A stretch of 64,000 nt of DNA from Epiperipatus broadwayi (GCA_028023455.1 JAQFVV010000005.1:9858001-9922000), one strand, 5' to 3'; positions 36,811 to 51,086 are shown, counted from the first letter of the stretch. The notes: generated from the letters alone by a model not told the origin. Numbers and translations are program-made.

Positions 36811-38899
36811 CACAAGATACTTATTGTTCATCTGCTATAAAATGCAATTCACATGCCTTTTCTGAGTTTTTCATTAACAAGCACATATATGGAAAAAAAC
36901 ATGTAAGGCTTTTTACTCCTAAGTAAATAACATAACTTAATAATACAATACTAATTAGAGGTGAGTTATAACACTTTATCATTATTGGTAATACTTTTCC
37001 ATTGTTTACCATTCAAAAAGTATTTTATAAATTATATTCATAATACTAATCTCAATTCATGTTGATCTATTAATTTACATATCTTTTTTTAAATTCTATG
37101 AAAATGTGATTAAAATAAATCATATACAGTAGTCACTTATATAGATCATATAATAAACAGAATACAATAGTTCCAATCCCTTGATTAACTGATCTTTTTC
37201 ATTTATCATAGGAACTTCCATTATTAAATGAATTCATGTATTCTAGAATAGCACTAAGCAAAAACATCTACAAGCTTTTCTATAAATAGCTATATTTATA
37301 AAGTTCTGTTCCTACCAATTTCACACCTATTCAATAATGTTTGCAAATATTAGCAATTTAATGGTTTGTTACAGTAACACGTCATTTGTTAATAGTACTA
37401 ATTTATAAATTTTTGAATTCTAAATATACTAAGATTTTGCCTCCCTTTTCATCTCTTAGCACAATTTATTTCAGCACCTCAATTTTAGGGTTGTATCCTA
37501 AGCTTTAATATGTTCTTATTAAATTGCATAAAATAATGAATTATATGTGTAAATCTTGTTTTCTCTGTATTTATTAAACTAGATTGTGTTCATTTACATC
37601 TTAGAATGGATTCTAAATGAATTAATTTCAGTAATCTAAAAAAATATAAAAACATTAATAAAATATTTTCTAAAGTGAACAAATATGCAAAATATTAAAC
37701 ATCAAAACCTCCACAAAAGAAAATTAACATTTCTGTGGAAATATATTTATCTAGCCATTCAAAGCATTGATCTTAATAACAGTTTTCTACTTAGACCTGA
37801 TATTATTATAATTTAAAAAATTAATCATCCTGCTATTAATGGTTCACTATACAGTCCTGATATCATTCTGGATATATTATTAATGATATATCTTTCATGA
37901 AAATTATGCATTATGGAACCCTCTACTATTAATATTGCATGTTATCCATTATAAATAAAGTTTCCATGTTTGCAACTATTTATTTTATATTAAGTCAGAT
38001 TGATCATGTTATTGTTATTAACAGAATTATGTTTATTTAATTAAATAACTATTTGGAATTTTTTAAAAAAGAATCTATATATAATTCTTTATTTATTATA
38101 CTGTGTTTCATGAAATCCCTCCCCTCCTTCCGCTGCTATTTCTAATAATTTCGGCTTTTAAAAAATAGTTTAACATCACTGGAGTGAATTTTCTGGAAAA
38201 CTTTGAACAATAATCACAACAATTCTAGGTAATTTGTAAAATTAAATAAGCTCTAATTTGAAATGATACGTTTAAAAATTTTGGGTATTTTCCCTTAAAT
38301 ATTTTTATTGTCTAATAATACTCCTCTGAATTTTTAATTTATAAGTACCAACTTTATTTTCTTTAATTTTCATTACTACTTAACCATACAAATGTATTAA
38401 GTTTTCAATGAAAAACATTGTTATTATATAGATTTCATTCTTCTGAGAAATAAATAAAAAAAGAAATCAAATATAAAATAATACAAACAATGAAACAATA
38501 TTGATTTTGATATTTTCTGTGGAAGTCAATTAAATTCTTAATTAATTTTTAGTAAAGAATTTTATGGAGGTAGATAATTATTTGATTTATTCTTTTTCTT
38601 AGTCTAAAAGATTAAAGGAACAATATATATTTCACTCATAAACTATTTAGATAACAAAACTTACAAAATGAATGAATATTACAAAAATAGGCTTCATTAT
38701 GTTTCCAAACTTCAATATTTTTAGAAAAAGACATTTGATATCTCTTAGGTTAAACATTAAAGTAAAGTAGTTTTGCTGATAAGATTTAAAACATTACAAG
38801 ATCATTTTTTCTTATGCTTACAAAAGCAGTTAAAATGGCAAATTTTCCTACACAATAAAGCTATCTAGTGTAAGCTCTAATAATCAATAGATGTTAGAA

Positions 38900-39340
38900 G
38901 ATTGTGCATCATAATCCCTATCCAGAGCTTTCCCATACAATATCTCCAGACCAGTTTATAGCTTATAGGTTTCATCAGTGGAGTTTGGGTCTGAAAGCAA
39001 TGCATCTGGATCTTTAGATCTAATGCATCTCCTCTTCAGCATCCACCTTTATCTTTTTGTCTAACTATAGAGCTATCAACTCAAATTGGAAACAATTTTT
39101 TCAATCCAAGATAACTAGCCAGGATAATCATGCAAATCTGAAAACAGTTCAGTGTCTAAATATTTTGGTTTTACAATAACTATCGTCACTTTTATCCCTT
39201 GGCTAGGATTTATTTCTATTAAGTTTATTGTGTAGAACTGTTTCATCTTTATTAGATGTTCTTCACTTTTTTTCTCTACTATTGTGCATCATCCAAAGAT
39301 TTGATTTTTCCTAGAGCAAGAATAGTTTCTGGGTGCTTAC
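38900..39340 (-). mobile_element. Penelope-like 3' remnant with hammerhead
   Basis: IVEKKSEEHLIKMKQFYTINLIEINPSQG is compatible with a GIY-YIG C-terminus (weak match). The hammerhead motif lies about 220 nt downstream on the same strand. Confidence 0.45.
38944..38983 (-). ncRNA. Variant or degenerate minimal hammerhead (GAAA to TAAA)
   Basis: CTCCA-CTGATGA-AACCTATAAGCTA-TAAA-CTGG-TC|TGGAG. Stem I is a perfect GC-rich 5 bp, the cleavage triplet is GTC, and helix III CTGG is CCGG after CpG decay. Stem II is imperfect. Confidence 0.65.
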
Positions 39341-39394
39341 AAAGCATTTTAGGCATCTTTATACAAATGTACATAACACTATACATAAAGTAAT

Positions 39395-39570
39395 TAATTA
39401 TATTTGTATATGTTCTTTCTTGCATTCATTACATGACTGTTGCTATAACTTGATTTTTGATATTTTATGTATCAAAATATTACAAACTTTGGTTAATATA
39501 TAAAGCAATAGGATAACCATGCTAAAATTGTAGTTACACTTTCCTGCCAAGAAAATTTACAAGAACTATC
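39395..39570 (-). repeat. Dispersed repeat, homologous to 36630-36810
   Basis: Colinear similarity with 36630-36810 over about 175 bp. Confidence 0.5.
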
Positions 39571-39902
39571 AGGTCGTTTTTTGTAAGCTTTTAGTTAAAA
39601 TTCTAATGTCTTTAGCTATCTCAATTTTATTATACAGTAATTGCTTCAGGTGATAAACAAAGATGATCTAAGTGGTGTAAGTGATCACTCTATTTAGAAT
39701 TTCCATTAATCTATTCCTGCATTAAATATCTTTTCCACTTATATTTGATGTATTTCAAAGGACAATGTAATTGAAACCTAGAAATAAACAAAAGATTAAT
39801 ATGGTTGCTAATGTGTCTTTATCCTTGGCTTGACCTAAATTTGAAAACTGTTTTAAAGTTAGATAAACAACCACCAAATCACTTTTGGTTGTTTGATGTA
39901 GT

Positions 39903-40162
39903 GGCCTGAAAGCAGGATGAGGAATGATTTTTCTTCCACTGCCTTTGCCTCTTCCTATTGTTACAAGGATTTCTGTCTTGAGTATTGTAAACTAAGTCCA
40001 ACATCTCTTTTATCTCCAACTTTATACTTGGTCTGAAAGCAGGATGAGGAATGATTTTTCTTCCACTGCCTTTGCCTCTTCCTATTGTTACAAGGATTTC
40101 TGTCTTAAGTATTGTAAACTAAGTCCAACATCTCCTTTATCTCCAACTTTACACTTGGTCTG
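39903..40162. repeat. 127-bp tandem duplication (2 copies, 4 mismatches) with 6-bp terminal microhomology gg(c/t)ctg
   Basis: Units start at 39903 and 40030, with a partial third start at 40157. Confidence 0.96.
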
Positions 40163-40944
40163 GACAAAAAATTTTATCAGGCCAATGGTTGAAGAAAAAA
40201 CTAATTACCAGAAGCTACTTTTATTTGATAATGAGATAATCTGATTGTCTTTCCCAATCCCTTCAGTGGCTCTCACATTAGTTGAATATAATTTTTAAAA
40301 GATAATTATTATTCCTTAAAAGTTTTAGAATAATCTGTATCTCAAAACATTCTTCATTCAACTTGCTTATATGATCCTACCACAATATATTTATTATTTC
40401 TGGTTAATAGCATAAGATGTTATAAGGTAACCAAATCATTGTTATAAGTGGAGAATTTTGTATATAACACTGAAGACTGCAATATCTTAAATAATGATAT
40501 CAAAAATGCCATTTATAAGCTGAAATAATTTTAGTTGAAAATTCATTTTTTGATCTTTAGTTCAGAATTTATATTAAATGATTTCATTCCTGTCTAAAAA
40601 AAATATTTTGTTTTAACTGGTAATGATGGATAGACATTAGTTAAATTTAAGCAATTCTCAGTCAAAACTATAAAATTTCTTAAATAATTTTGATGATTGT
40701 CTCTAGTTTTTTAGTTTCATTAGCTGGTAGAACAAGTGATATGAGTGATAATTCTAGAACTATAAGTTCCTGAATCAAATTTCAGCTGAGAAAAATTGAA
40801 AACTACCATTGACTAATTATCTGGTATGATTATACTGTACTCATTTTAAGGTTTTAAAATAAAACAAACAATACTGCTTCATCTTGCTAGAAGTGATACT
40901 ATATAGTTCACTATTCTAAAATTAGTTGAAATAGACATATAAAA

Positions 40945-41160
40945 CTAATTACATTACAAGACTTCCTGACATTATATTTTCAAATTGAGCATGGTTTTCA
41001 TTGAATAGATTGTTTCCATTACAAGCATTATCTCAAAGATATTCTAAAAAGATGCAATGTAGATGGTTTTCATTGGGAATATATGACCAAAAATAGAAAT
41101 CATTGGAGAGCTACAACTAAATATGGTATTGAAATATTTCAGAAAGGTTTTCTGCCTATC
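40945..41160 (+). mobile_element. RTE/BovB-like LINE 3' fragment
   Basis: Frame reading YKHYLKDILKRCNVDGFHWEYMTKNRNHWRATTKYGIEIF resembles the RTE C-terminal RYKDxLKxxLKxCxID...WExxAxDRxxWR pattern. Confidence 0.65.
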
Positions 41161-44100
41161 AAAATATTAAATAATTAGAATAACTAGCTGTAATGTTCTA
41201 TATGTATTTCTGTTTCAAATAGTGGTTTGCATAGTTATTGCAAAATTTGTCTTTTGAAATGGCCATACTCATTTAGAAATAGCTACTATATGTGTTTTTA
41301 AAATAAAAGATTTTTATAAAATTCAAAACCTTTAATATTTTTTCGATACAATAGCTGCAATTTTTAAGATTTTCTGAAAACAGACTCCTTCAGGCAATGC
41401 AGTCTAGAAATAGTATTTTCTGATTTTATAGAAATCCACTACCAGTGATTTAATTAATGTTAAAGCATGTGAAAGTATTACTATCACAAAAAGAGTTTAA
41501 ATATTACTAATATCTTCAAATGTTAAACAGTAGTACTATAAGCATTATGCATAATTTCATTATCCAGCATCTTCTGAAATGTTTCTATATCAAGCTTTTC
41601 CATGTTCATAAACTGTTTACTAATTTATCTTTTAGGAAAATAATATAATGCAATTAACTAAAAAAACAATTGTGGGTTTACTATATTTTGTGGTGAAAAA
41701 AAATATTTCCTAGTTCAATCACAATATAATAATTTGAGTGAATCAATTGTGCAGAAAGCAATATAAGATTTGTTTAGACTAGTTTTTGCTTAATTCTTTT
41801 CACTTTATGCATTTTCTCGAATATAAAAAAATTATCTAACTACATATTTAATTTTTATTTATTAATTCTTGCTTTTTTTTCTATCCATTCAATGATACTA
41901 TGTAATTTTAAGTTTAATCTTTGTACAGAGAGAATTCAATTGCCAAATAAAGAATCCTATGATACAGTCATTATTTCAGCTAAGCTTGTGGTATAAAACG
42001 TGTTTAAATCGAGTCATGTAATTTACCTGATCTCATAGTTGAAAAAATTCTGTTGATTCCTTGTTAATCGACAATTCATTTTTCTTATTTTAATTTTGAA
42101 CACATTGATATCTAAAATAATATACAATATTCCCAAAGCAGGTAATTAAATTTCACTAATTATCTATAAAGTGAGCTGACATTTTTTTTAGTCCAATTGA
42201 TCTAATTCATTCATCATCAATACAGATATCACTGAAGAAAAAATGTTTTGTTTTTTAAAATGAGCTTTATCAGAAAATACAAGCTGATAAAATTCTGACA
42301 AATTATTTTTATCTATAGATAATAAATTAATATTTAATTTTTACCAGAATTTGACTGTTTTAAACATTTTTGCAATGAGATTAGTTTGTTGTTGCTATAG
42401 GCTTGTGATTGTAGTAATCAACATTTGAGCCACGAGCTAAAAAAAATTAAAATTTAGATAATGAACATTTTAATTTGTAATTCAGTTTTTTTAAAATTCA
42501 CTGAATATGAAAATCACAGATATAGAGAAATTTGTATTTCATTCTGTCATTGCAATTATATCATTAATATTTAATTTTATACTAATTGATAATAATATAC
42601 AGAGACATTTTCTTCATTCTGTCTAATTTTATAGTCATTAACAATATTTATGGATATTTTTATTGTTCTGCAAATTAACTTTATAGTAATTAACAATATA
42701 TATGGTTTTTTTGTTTTATCACTTCTGCAATGTCATTTTTTTGTTCACTATAACTTATTACTCATCATTCATTAACTTTTATATATTTTAGTATAAATAA
42801 ACTTTAAGAAAATATATTTTTAAGCAGTTATTATACAAAAATATGATGTATGTTTTTTTTTTCAAAATGAATGATTCATTGTATTTTTTATAACAAGATT
42901 GATATTTGTAAACTATGACTCTGATTACTTTAATGTTTTGATTAAAGTATTAAATTGTACCTTTAGTTTTAATGCATTTGTTTTTGAATTTATGATGTGA
43001 TGCTATTATAAATTATGTGTAACATTGTTCTGTGTTAATTTTGTATTAACTAAAGTTTAAGAAAACATTTTAGTGACTTATTAATTTCATCAATGTGTAT
43101 GGCAATTCTACAATCTTAAAATTATTTCGTAAAGGTTACCAGAATCCTTACTAAAATTATGCACCTGTTAATACTTGCTTAGGAAATTTTTGCATATAAT
43201 AATCATGGTGGTCTTTATGATGATAGAATATTATCAGTCAATTATGAATGATTACTTACATTTACACTGACGTTCAGCATAAATAAATGTAGTGAACATT
43301 GTACTTAGATTTGGAAACATTTATTTCAAAATCTATAATGCAACATTCACACACATCAAGCTGCTAGTTGAAATCTATTAATATTGGGTTTTATTTTATT
43401 GAACAAAAGCTATACTTTTGTAAATTATAAATTGAGTATGTAATGATTTACCACATCCATATGCTATGATTTTGGTTTAAGTTGAATAAAACTTGAAATT
43501 TTTTCAAGTTTTAATCAGGCTTAGGATTTATTCAAATAATCATCCAGTATTGCTTGATATTTAGCTACTCTTGGCGAGAAGGTAAAACAAAGGATAAAAA
43601 ACAGTCACAATGATTGGCAAGCCCAGTGGATAAAGGGTTTGCTCTGCAATAGACTATTAAATATTTACATATCTTTTTTTTTTATCTCAAATGAACAATA
43701 TAACATCTACAGTTTAACCATCTTAATTCTGTATTGTGAAAAACCAGTTATGTAGTATTGATAATGAAAATTATAAAATTATTATGTATATGAGTGAATA
43801 AAGTTTTAATTTTGTTAGTGTATGTGAATGATTATTATTATTATAGCATCCACATTTTCACTGGATTGCATTTCATTTGTATAACTGCTAGGATTTGTCT
43901 ACCCGTAAATATTATCCAGATAATATCCAGTAAGATTCAACAAAATATTTGTTATGGCAATAGGCATATATAGGAGAAAAAAACTTCAAATTATTTTTTG
44001 CCTATAAAAACATTTTAATTTACTGTATATTGCAATACTATATCAGTGTTTTTAAGTCTGTTTATTTCTTGATTAAAATGTTTAATATGAATGCTTTTGA

Positions 44101-45129
44101 CATTAGTACACTTTTTCCAAAATATCAAAAGTATTTAATTGACTATTTTATTATACCATAGCATTCAAAACCCAAATTTCATCAAAGTATGATTTCTACA
44201 ATACTTTCACAAATTTTACCCATATATCTAAAAGCATTAATCATTATAGCTTATGCAACTTCTTTGATTCATTATTTATGCCATGTTTCAATAAGTTTAT
44301 TATAAAACTTTTTAAAACAAAGTAAAAAAAAATGTTTTTTTTTTCCTTTGTAGATGTACTCTATTTTGAGAACAGGATGTAGCAACATTAGCTTAAATAT
44401 AATTAATTTTAACATATTCATTTTGGATTGACATGTGATAAGTTTCTGTATAGGTGTGTACTTAAAAGAAATGACACTAAAAATATAAAACTAAAAATAT
44501 AATTTATTCAACTTTAAATTATGATAAAATTACAATAAAAGAAAAAAAAAGTTTAAACTTTTTTACATAAAATGTAATTCTTAATGACAGATAACTAATT
44601 AAAAATACTGTTTGATTAAACAATGCAGGACTTCGATCATGCATAAAAATTGGTATTTCTTGCAAACCAAGGCTTCTTTTAGCCAGAGGCCAAAAATAGT
44701 TAGATATTTTCAATAAGATTAAATTCAGTGAAACAATACAGAATAATTCTGACATTACTGAATTTAATTTTTTTAATAGAAGTCAAAACAATAAACAATC
44801 ATTAATAAGATTATTTACTCCTAATAGACTCAAATAGTTCAAATAAAATAAACATAAATTACCTAGATATATAGAATGGAACAAATCAAAGAAGTGTTTG
44901 GGTGTTATTTCAGTTATTACCAATTTTCATTAGTGTGTAAAGTTTTTTTTTCAGGAATTATGCCCAAAAAGTGTGTACTTTTCAATAGTGAATCTTTTTT
45001 TTATTGGATTTATATGAATTCTTTATATATACCCTTTGGAGATCCTTAAATATTTAATAATTTATTTACAACTATATTGGATTATCAGTTTTCTTAGAAA
45101 TTAAGGATAATACCAAATGGGGAAGGTAA

Positions 45130-46341
45130 AATATTATTAAATCTAATTCTCTGTAATAGTAAAAACATTTCAACATGGATCTATCATTCACTATAGTCGC
45201 AGTCAAAATAACATCATGATAAATAACAGGGGTGGCCAAACTTTTAGATGTTGGGGGGGTGACTTTTTTGGTGAGTGCACCTGAGGGCGAGTAGTTTTTT
45301 CAGGGCATCGAACCGAAAAACAGAAAAAAAAACATTTTTGCTGGAACGAAAACCGGATCAGAAGAAAAAATAATGGTTCAAAGTCCAGATTTTTTTTAGA
45401 ATGTACTTACAAATTGTGTTTTTTTTTTAATAAGGGCTTTTTAGGTACTCACAAATATTGGTGACATTTTTAGAAGATACTTACGAGCTAATGAATTTTT
45501 TTTTCTATAAGATATGAACTGTCAAAGACATTTTACTATTACTACTATTAAATTATCTCAGTTCCCTCTAGTATTACAATTTGTCCATGTTGCTTTATAA
45601 AATATTTATTAAATTACTATATGAAGTGTTTTAAAAAGTTCACAATCCTTGTTTCTTCAGGACAAATTATTTTCATTTCTTCTCAGGAAAATGGCAAATA
45701 TTTCTAAGGATTTTAGTTCTAGCATTACACAAAAATAATTTAATTCTTTTCAATTTCTTCCAACCTGAGCTTATTTTTGAGATTGACAATAACAACAGGT
45801 GTTTTTCTTGTGTATGTGTAAGGCTATACTTTACAGCAGTTTTTTAATTCACAAGCTGCAGTAGAATAATCTCTCTTCTGCATTTATTTATTCATACATT
45901 GTTAAGAGTATCCTTTATAGAAGTCATAATGATAAAATGTGCAATGGAAAGATATTTTTCTATTGTCTTTTTAGTATTATAATTTTTTAAATTTTTAGTT
46001 TGTTTTAGATCAGTCTTGTAATATCACAAACAGCAGTATGGTTTTCTCCTTTCATGCATTTTTTTCTATATTTTACAACATTCTTAATAATTGCTGAAGT
46101 AGCAAGTAAAACATTTATCTCTTATAAACATAATTCTGTGAATATTAAGCATACATATGTCAGTAGTCTTGTAGACACAAAAACTTAAGTGGAAACTTCT
46201 TTGTACGTCTTCTTTTATCTATTTTAAACTATTTTTCTTCTGCATCATTTATTTTAAATAACTTAAACTTATTTTGTTATGCAGTTTTGAAATTATCCAC
46301 ATGGCTCTCAATTTTCCTTCTGTAATAGCACTTTTATTTAT
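45130..46341 (-). pseudogene. Decayed paralog of the 629-aa ZF gene (start codon ATG to ATA, stops and frameshifts, interrupted by a hAT-like element)
   Basis: Minus strand reads ttttagaATAaataaaagt versus ttttaaaATGaataaaagt at 53107. Remnant peptide FHLSFCVYKTTDICMLNIHRIMFIRDKCFTCYF matches FHCRFCDYKTVSVHKLNIHRIVHIAEKSFGCNF. Upstream intron motif ttgataaagtatcttacaa is shared (near 46406 and 53181). A weak terminal-finger/tail remnant lies at about 45130-45215. Confidence 0.78.
45227..45612 (+). mobile_element. hAT-like non-autonomous element, copy 2 (inside the ZF pseudogene)
   Basis: Starts with caggggtggccaaactttt and is homologous to 8443-8807 along its length. No convincing TSD. Confidence 0.7.
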
Positions 46342-47598
46342 TCTAAAACATTTTTTAAAAATGACCCAATACATTTCCTAAAATTATATTTGCTTCTAAT
46401 TTTTTTTCAAATTGATAAAGTATCTTACAAGATCATTTCTGTATTTTCTTCCCTGAAATCAAATCATTTATAAATAAATTTCTCATGATTCTTTTAGTAA
46501 GGATAAAAAATTTATATATCATTTTTAACTTACGATTGAGTACAGAAGTCGTTAAGAGGCTATGTTTAAAATGTGGGATTATGTCAAAGTGAGACTTTAA
46601 ATAATTTAAAAAACAGAAGAATTTATAAATATAACTTTTGTAAAAATGTAAGCCGGAAACATAATATTAGAAATATTGATGAAAGCTTTAAAAAATTAAC
46701 ATTATTTACTGGATAAATTAGCAAATAAAAGAAAACTGGACTGAGCCTATAAGTGATAATAAAGAAATTATAACACTTCTTTATATTTAAAAGTTCTATG
46801 AAGAATAGTCAAAATAGAAATCAGAAAAATTAATGATCTTAAAAATGAAAATAGCTTATTGTAAAATGGAGCAAAGGACAAAAAATATTGTTTTGTTGAA
46901 TACTAATTTTTTCATAAATTGATAACAATTCCTTTCTATAAGAATCTTTTTATTATATAAGCAACAATAAAAATTATTTTCTTGCAAATAAAATATTTTT
47001 TGTCTTAAATTATAATGCATGTTTTGTGCAAAATGTTTTCACATAATATTAATGCTAAATTTTATGAAAAATAACTAACAATTATTAAAGTTTTAATATC
47101 TCTCTAATGAAAATAATACTGAATTTATAAAAAAATAACTTGTAACTGTTATTTAAGTTTTAATATTTCTCTAATATCAATTAAGTTAATGTCATTATAT
47201 TGACAATTAAAAAAAAATTGACATTTTATCTATATAATTCTTTTTGATTCCATTTAAGTGATAACATTTTTAGAAAACTTAAATCTTTTGATGAATTTCT
47301 TAATAACAATTCTAAATATATCTCACAACAGATAAAAATTAGCTTTACCACATGCCTAAATCTCACAATATTTATATATTTTTAATATTAGACTGATTTA
47401 TTTACATTTTTTTTTAATTTACAAGATTCTTTATGCAAATAAAATAATATATTTAGAAGTAATATTTAAGGACTGATTTTTTAAAATTAATTCAAATCAA
47501 TGCTTCTTAATACAGTGAATATCTTTAGAAATTCTCTTCTATATAATTCTCCCCTTTCAAATAATAAACAATTGTCTCTGTACATGAATCTCATTTAC

Positions 47599-48060
47599 TG
47601 CTCTAAAATTTAATGAAGACGTATATTTATAAGCTTATTTGTAACATGACTTCTATCACGGAATAGTCACTATGACCCCAAGCAATTTGATACTTTTGAA
47701 TCAGCTGTTCAGATGTAAATTACTGTCAACTTAAAAAAAAAAAAAATTCAATAAATATGAGAACTGATAAGAATTTTGTAAAAATCAAGGTTTATTTGAT
47801 ATTCTCATGCAAATTTTTTTTTTTATAACATTTTCACTATCTGTTAAAAAATATTTTCTTATACTTTCTTTAGATTTGTATATATACATGCATATAATTT
47901 TAAGATATTTTAAATTAGAATACGCATCTACATAAGTAGTTTGGATACATAGTATTTTCCAAAAATAAAATCTGGAAGAAAATAATGGAAATAGAGATAA
48001 ATACATTTACATGTTAGGTTATTTATAATGCTAAAAATACCAAGAAAAACAAGCTACATT
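47599..48060 (-). repeat. Paralogous copy of the upstream exon plus flank of the 629-aa ZF gene (matches about 54560-55050), part of the same local duplication as the ZF pseudogene
   Basis: Shared blocks such as gttcagatgt(a/g)aattactgt(c/t)aac and aaaaa(c/g)caagct in the same orientation about 7 kb apart. The original acceptor AG appears mutated to AA in this copy. Confidence 0.75.
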
Positions 48061-48299
48061 TAATAAGTCAATTTAGCCATTGCATTTTTCACTTCTAATT
48101 TCATTTTTGTTATCTTCATTACACTTAAAAGCACGAACTTCCATTATATTAGCTCATTTTGAACATTTTTAGAATTGTTGGCACAGGCTCCCCAAATTTT
48201 ATTTTTGCTAAAATTTTTCTTTAACAATCATTATAGACTTTATTCTTAGTTAATAATAATATTTGTTCTCCAGCATGTTTATTTTCACTGATTCCTTGA

Positions 48300-49200
48300 G
48301 CTAATTTTCTTTAGTTTTATAGTTGTTCTTTTTTTGATTACTTAAGTTCTGTCATTTTTTAATCTACTTCAGCAATATTTTTATATTCCTTGATTTTTTA
48401 TTAAGTTCAATTAAATATAATCAGTTTTTATAGATATTTTAGTTTTTATCTTTTATTTTGCATTACGAATCATAAGTATTCATTTTGCTTTTGAAATCAT
48501 TTTTGTCTCCTTTAAATTTTTTTTTCTCATCTTTATTACTTAATGTCTTTTAACAAGTTAAAAATTTCAAAATAGATTATTTTACTTCTAAACCATGTTT
48601 TGGTGCTTAGCTTTGGATATGAATGTAATTTCTGAACTTCTTAATTGCTCATGTTTACCCTTTCCATCTTTGTTTCTTTATAAATAGATGTATCAAAAGT
48701 TTATTTTTTTAACTATATACACTACATGCAACTGTAATTTTAAAAACATTTCTTTCATCATATAGAACCCAACACAGCTATTTAGTAACTGCCTTAACTA
48801 TATTAACAAATTGTTAGTTTTAGCCCTGATTTCTGACATTTAATGGTTTTTGCCTTATTTCTTATTCTATTTGTCTAAAACTGATAATTTTATCACAAAT
48901 CTGATTTTTATTATCTATCTATTATTTAAATTCCATATAATTTTGCAATTTCTTTTATCTTAATTTTATTATTTACAATTCAGCTATCTTGTTCTTTTTA
49001 CTAAAGTAAGTTCTACTTCTTTTGATACTCTTGATTTATTTTTAAAATTTTTTAAAAACAGATCACCTATTTCAAAAACTAGTTCATTTATCTGGTATTA
49101 TTTTTATACAATTTTTAATTTTAGATTCTATAATGTCTTTATTGCTTGTGTCTAATTTCAATTTTTATTCCAGTAATTTCATTACTGAATTTCAAAATTT
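48300..49200 (-). mobile_element. Possible very old retroelement (PLE-RT-like) remnant
   Basis: Same strong purine-rich, C-poor sense-strand bias as the other retroelements here and a FDTSIYK remnant. No catalytic motif recovered. Confidence 0.28.
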
Positions 49201-51086
49201 ATCCTTAATTATAAAGAAATATTAAAATAATTAATTTCCAAATCACTTACTACAGAGAAATTACGTACTACAGAGAAATTTTAACACACTACAGCAATAA
49301 AATTAATTGCAACATTTACATTAGCCATAGTTTATTCTATTTATCTTACTCTAGAGCCATCTATTGTATTCTTAAGTAATCATTAGTTAGATAACAGTGA
49401 TGCAAATTGTCATTGATTTAGATCAAGAGGCAAATTAGATTGGGGATTTGGGTGTGGTATTATTTAATGTCCATTGATTACTCAACTAATAATAGAGTAA
49501 AATTGAATACCCCAATGCAAAAGTGAAAATTATATACCAATTTACGTCTGCATCAAAATATGCTAATAATTACTACTTTACAAATTATGTTTCCCATCAT
49601 TTATATGTATAACAATTTATTGTAAAACTTCCAAGATGGTTTTTTTCTTATAGTTGCAGTCTTCATTGAAAATGTGGCCTTGAAAAGCTGTTTAATATTT
49701 CTAAAGTAAATGCAATTTGGTTTTAAATTACTTTGGTTTGATACATATTGAGTTTCAGTATAGGAGAATAAAATAACTAATGGCAAGACAGTGAAAGTAA
49801 AAAAAAAAAAACATAATTTATTGAATTTTAAATTATGGTAAAATTACAATAATTTCTTTAAATAATTTTTTAAAGACACATTTAATTTTTTATGTCAAAA
49901 ATATGGTTTTACTAAATTACTTTATAAGATTTATTATAAATTGAATACTGATAAACATACTGCACTTGTCTTAGCTTCATGTGCTGATCAGACTCCAAAA
50001 ATGTAAATAATGTATTTTTATTTGAAGTCTTTCACAAACTTCTAATATATATAAAATTTGATTTTCATCACAATTTATACCAATTTCCTCTCAAATATGA
50101 GTTAGCCAGAAATTTTTTAAAGCATTATTTTACTAAGCGTAATTTTCCCACATATTCTCATTGAAATTTGTCAATTAAGAATTTTTAATTCTTATTACAA
50201 AAATTATTTTTCTTTATCTTCTCTTTGTCTGCTACTATACTGTAAACAACTAGACAATAGTAAAAAATTAAAATTAATATTAACCAATGATGTCAATTTT
50301 ATCTATTAGATCCATGAAGTCAGTATAGGGTCAAAGATTGAATATTGATTCCTTAACAGCATACAACAATGGACAAAAAGGGAGTTTATATAATTCTTGG
50401 TTTTGAGTAGTTAATAGTCTATAAAATCTTGTTCTCATTTGAAATTTAAAAAACACTTGTTTTTTTTAAATAGATCATTATATTAACTTTAGAGCTCTTT
50501 AGCACTGCTTAAGATGGGAGAAAAAAGTAATGTTCATTAGAAATTACGAGTCCAAATCTATAACATGTTATAGAAAAGAGACAGTTTCTTAATCTAATTT
50601 ATTAGGAACATAATTTTCTTTTAGAGAAACTTCTTTGAAATCTACTAGAAAACATCCACAAAAATAGTTTCATTATGTCAGGGTATTTCATATTTAGAAA
50701 AAACAATGAATCCAATTACTAAAGCAAAAAACTATTTTTTGATATACAAAATTTTCATTTTATTAAGCATATCAATTTTTTTCTAGTTACAGTTTTTAAA
50801 AAAATCCACTATATTCATTTTTAGTTGACTAAAAATAAATTTTTATATTAAAAACTTATAATATCCATATTATGGTTTTTATAACATAGTCACTTTAATT
50901 GCATAAGTAGATATTTTAATTTCAATGTGATATAAAATGATAATCAATTTTCACTAAAAATACAAAATAAGCCTCTTCTTGTTTCATTGACATAAATGTT
51001 AATGTGTATTAGCATAAACATTTACAAACTTCTAACTTTTCAATGTAATATGTGTAAACTGACTAGAAAAATATTTCTTCATGATT

